Below, in pieces: positions 62,822 to 64,000 of a stretch of DNA of 64,000 nucleotides. Made by a program: the position numbers and the translations under genes. How positions within the stretch are numbered: the stretch's first letter is position 1; every line of letters begins with the position of its first letter. The stretch is taken from assembly GCA_021372585.1 (NCBI GenBank), contig JAJFUD010000059.1:2035-66034 (forward strand), read 5' to 3'. Source of the stretch: a bacterium (GTDB taxonomy: Bacteria; Caldisericota; Caldisericia; UBA6126). The notes beneath the pieces were generated by a model, which saw only the letters and a program-made list of their open reading frames with translations, had not been told where the DNA came from and did no database searches.

Positions 62822-63997
62822 TTATTGACCTGTACCGGCAAACTTTCCGGGATACTGAAGATGAATCGTTTGATCAGCAGGATTCCACTCCAGATGAAAG
62901 CCAAGGTTCTCCGTAACAAATCGTAACGGAATCATCGTTGACCCCTCTATAATCTGAGGGGGCACCTCCATTTGGATCGATTTACCGTTGACTAACGCCA
63001 TTCTATTACCAATCATGAGTTCTATCTTAATGTCGGGAGAGTGATAAAAAACATGAGTGACTTTTTTGGTGAGAGGGTCCGTCCGATAACTAACCGGTAT
63101 TTCTATTGCTTCCCCAATAAACCGGAAGGGTACGAGAGTTCTGCCATTCTGAATGAGTGGAGAGGTCGTTAAATTCAGTGTATGCTGATTGACTACCGCT
63201 TTTTTATCGCCTATGGTTAATTCAATCGAATAGCCAAACCATATCGTAAACTGCATCTCTGTTGTATTTTCTAACGCATCTTTAGCGATCACCACGATGG
63301 GATAAGAACCCAGTTTATCCAAAGCGATCCGGTATTCAAAATGCCCAAGCGGATTCGGATAGACTGGTTGTTCATTGATCGTCAAATACGCAGCCGGATC
63401 GTTATATCCGGCATAGCCCGATATCGTCAGGGTATCGCTTAACCAGACATGGTCCAGAAGAGGAGAATCCAGCTTGATAACCGGTGGTGTGGTATCCAGG
63501 ACAATCTCATATTCTTGTTGTAATTCATTGCCGGCTTCATCTTCTAAACGAAACAAAAGAAGGTTCTGACCTTCCTGCAATTCCCAAACCGTTTTAAAAG
63601 CACCCGTTTTGGGGTTAACAGAGATAGATTTACCCGATATAGTCAGGTTTTGGTCATACAGTATCTGAAAAGTATCTTGATTATAATTCTCGAATTTGAT
63701 ACCTGCCACTTGACCGGATATAGTAAATTGATTCTGACTCGTGATCACCTTTTTTTCTTTCGGTGAAAGAACGGATAATTCAGGTTGTATTGTATCGATT
63801 TTCAGATGAATCGTCAGAATAGCAGATTTGCCATAAGGACTTTTGGCAAAGCAAAAAATATCCATCAGATAATATCCTGGGCTTAAGAGCTCCGGTTTAT
63901 CATAATAGCGAAGTGCTATATTCATCATGTCATACCCATAGAAAATCTGTGAATTCGGTCCGTTCGATACAAATGAAATCAGTGGTGCTTTGGTCAA
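62822..63997 (-). CDS. Cell-envelope protein with Ig-like domains and two copper-amine-oxidase N-terminal domains. The minus-strand gene start lies beyond the window edge, so the N-terminus is missing.
   Basis: GRTLVPFRFIGEAIE and GSTMIPLRFVTENLG repeats. The ORF runs off the window. Confidence 0.6.
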   Translation of the reverse strand: MTKAPLISFVSNGPNSQIFYGYDMMNIALRYYDKPELLSPGYYLMDIFCFAKSPYGKSAILTIHLKIDTIQPELSVLSPKEKKVITSQNQFTISGQVAGIKFENYNQDTFQILYDQNLTISGKSISVNPKTGAFKTVWELQEGQNLLLFRLEDEAGNELQQEYEIVLDTTPPVIKLDSPLLDHVWLSDTLTISGYAGYNDPAAYLTINEQPVYPNPLGHFEYRIALDKLGSYPIVVIAKDALENTTEMQFTIWFGYSIELTIGDKKAVVNQHTLNLTTSPLIQNGRTLVPFRFIGEAIEIPVSYRTDPLTKKVTHVFYHSPDIKIELMIGNRMALVNGKSIQMEVPPQIIEGSTMIPLRFVTENLGFHLEWNPADQTIHLQYPGKFAGTGQ

Positions 63998-64000
63998 CCA

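Noticed and set aside
1-64000. CRISPR arrays, transposases, integrases, prophage or other mobile elements
   Set aside because: No direct-repeat/spacer periodicity, and no IS, recombinase or phage-like coding sequences were seen anywhere in the window.

Overview
The window is a low-GC (about 35-38%) bacterial chromosomal segment that looks Firmicutes/Clostridia-like. Sporulation and envelope genes support that: GerMN, an Amidase_3 germination-type amidase, LiaF-like, YjcZ-like, and copper-amine-oxidase N-terminal and dockerin domains. Gene content is mostly housekeeping, in long same-strand operons. Features I can support, in order: a HAD-IIA phosphatase and arsC on the minus strand, then a lipoprotein. 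A minus-strand operon follows: a fused-permease NitT/TauT-type ABC transporter, a ChrB_N protein, a P-type cation ATPase, and a truncated SecD-head-like protein. Next come an orphan 7TM-PAS-GAF histidine kinase, lipB-lipA, GyrI-like and DUF5050 proteins, a chagasin-like I42 inhibitor, and adenosylhomocysteinase. A long minus-strand run holds 2-hydroxyacid dehydrogenase, TrkA, a MurG-like GT28, an MFS transporter, and dnaJ-dnaK-grpE (no hrcA or CIRCE nearby). The plus strand then carries ackA, gatC (unusually short)-gatA-gatB, an Orn/Lys/Arg decarboxylase, and a complete nine-gene V-type ATPase operon in Enterococcus hirae ntp order. Its proteolipid carries the full Na+-binding signature. After that come an M6 metalloprotease with a C-terminal dockerin, phasin-like, macro-domain, DUF2207, HAD and MBL-fold proteins, and sporulation-like small genes. 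A solitary CpI-like [FeFe]-hydrogenase follows, with a Cys-to-Ser change in the TSCCPGW motif. The window ends with a cell-wall amidase, msrA, an M28 peptidase and two large envelope proteins. I found no tRNA or rRNA genes, CRISPR arrays, transposases or integrases. Notable non-coding signals are a perfect 24-bp GC-rich hairpin at 51594-51645 in a divergent promoter region, a roughly 17-bp palindromic terminator over a 39-aa ORF at 4526-4645, and several intrinsic terminators. I see nothing I can call a new multi-gene system with confidence. The most promising leads are the ABC/ChrB_N/P-type ATPase/SecD-head operon, the hydrogenase variant, the truncated gatC and the orphan hairpin.
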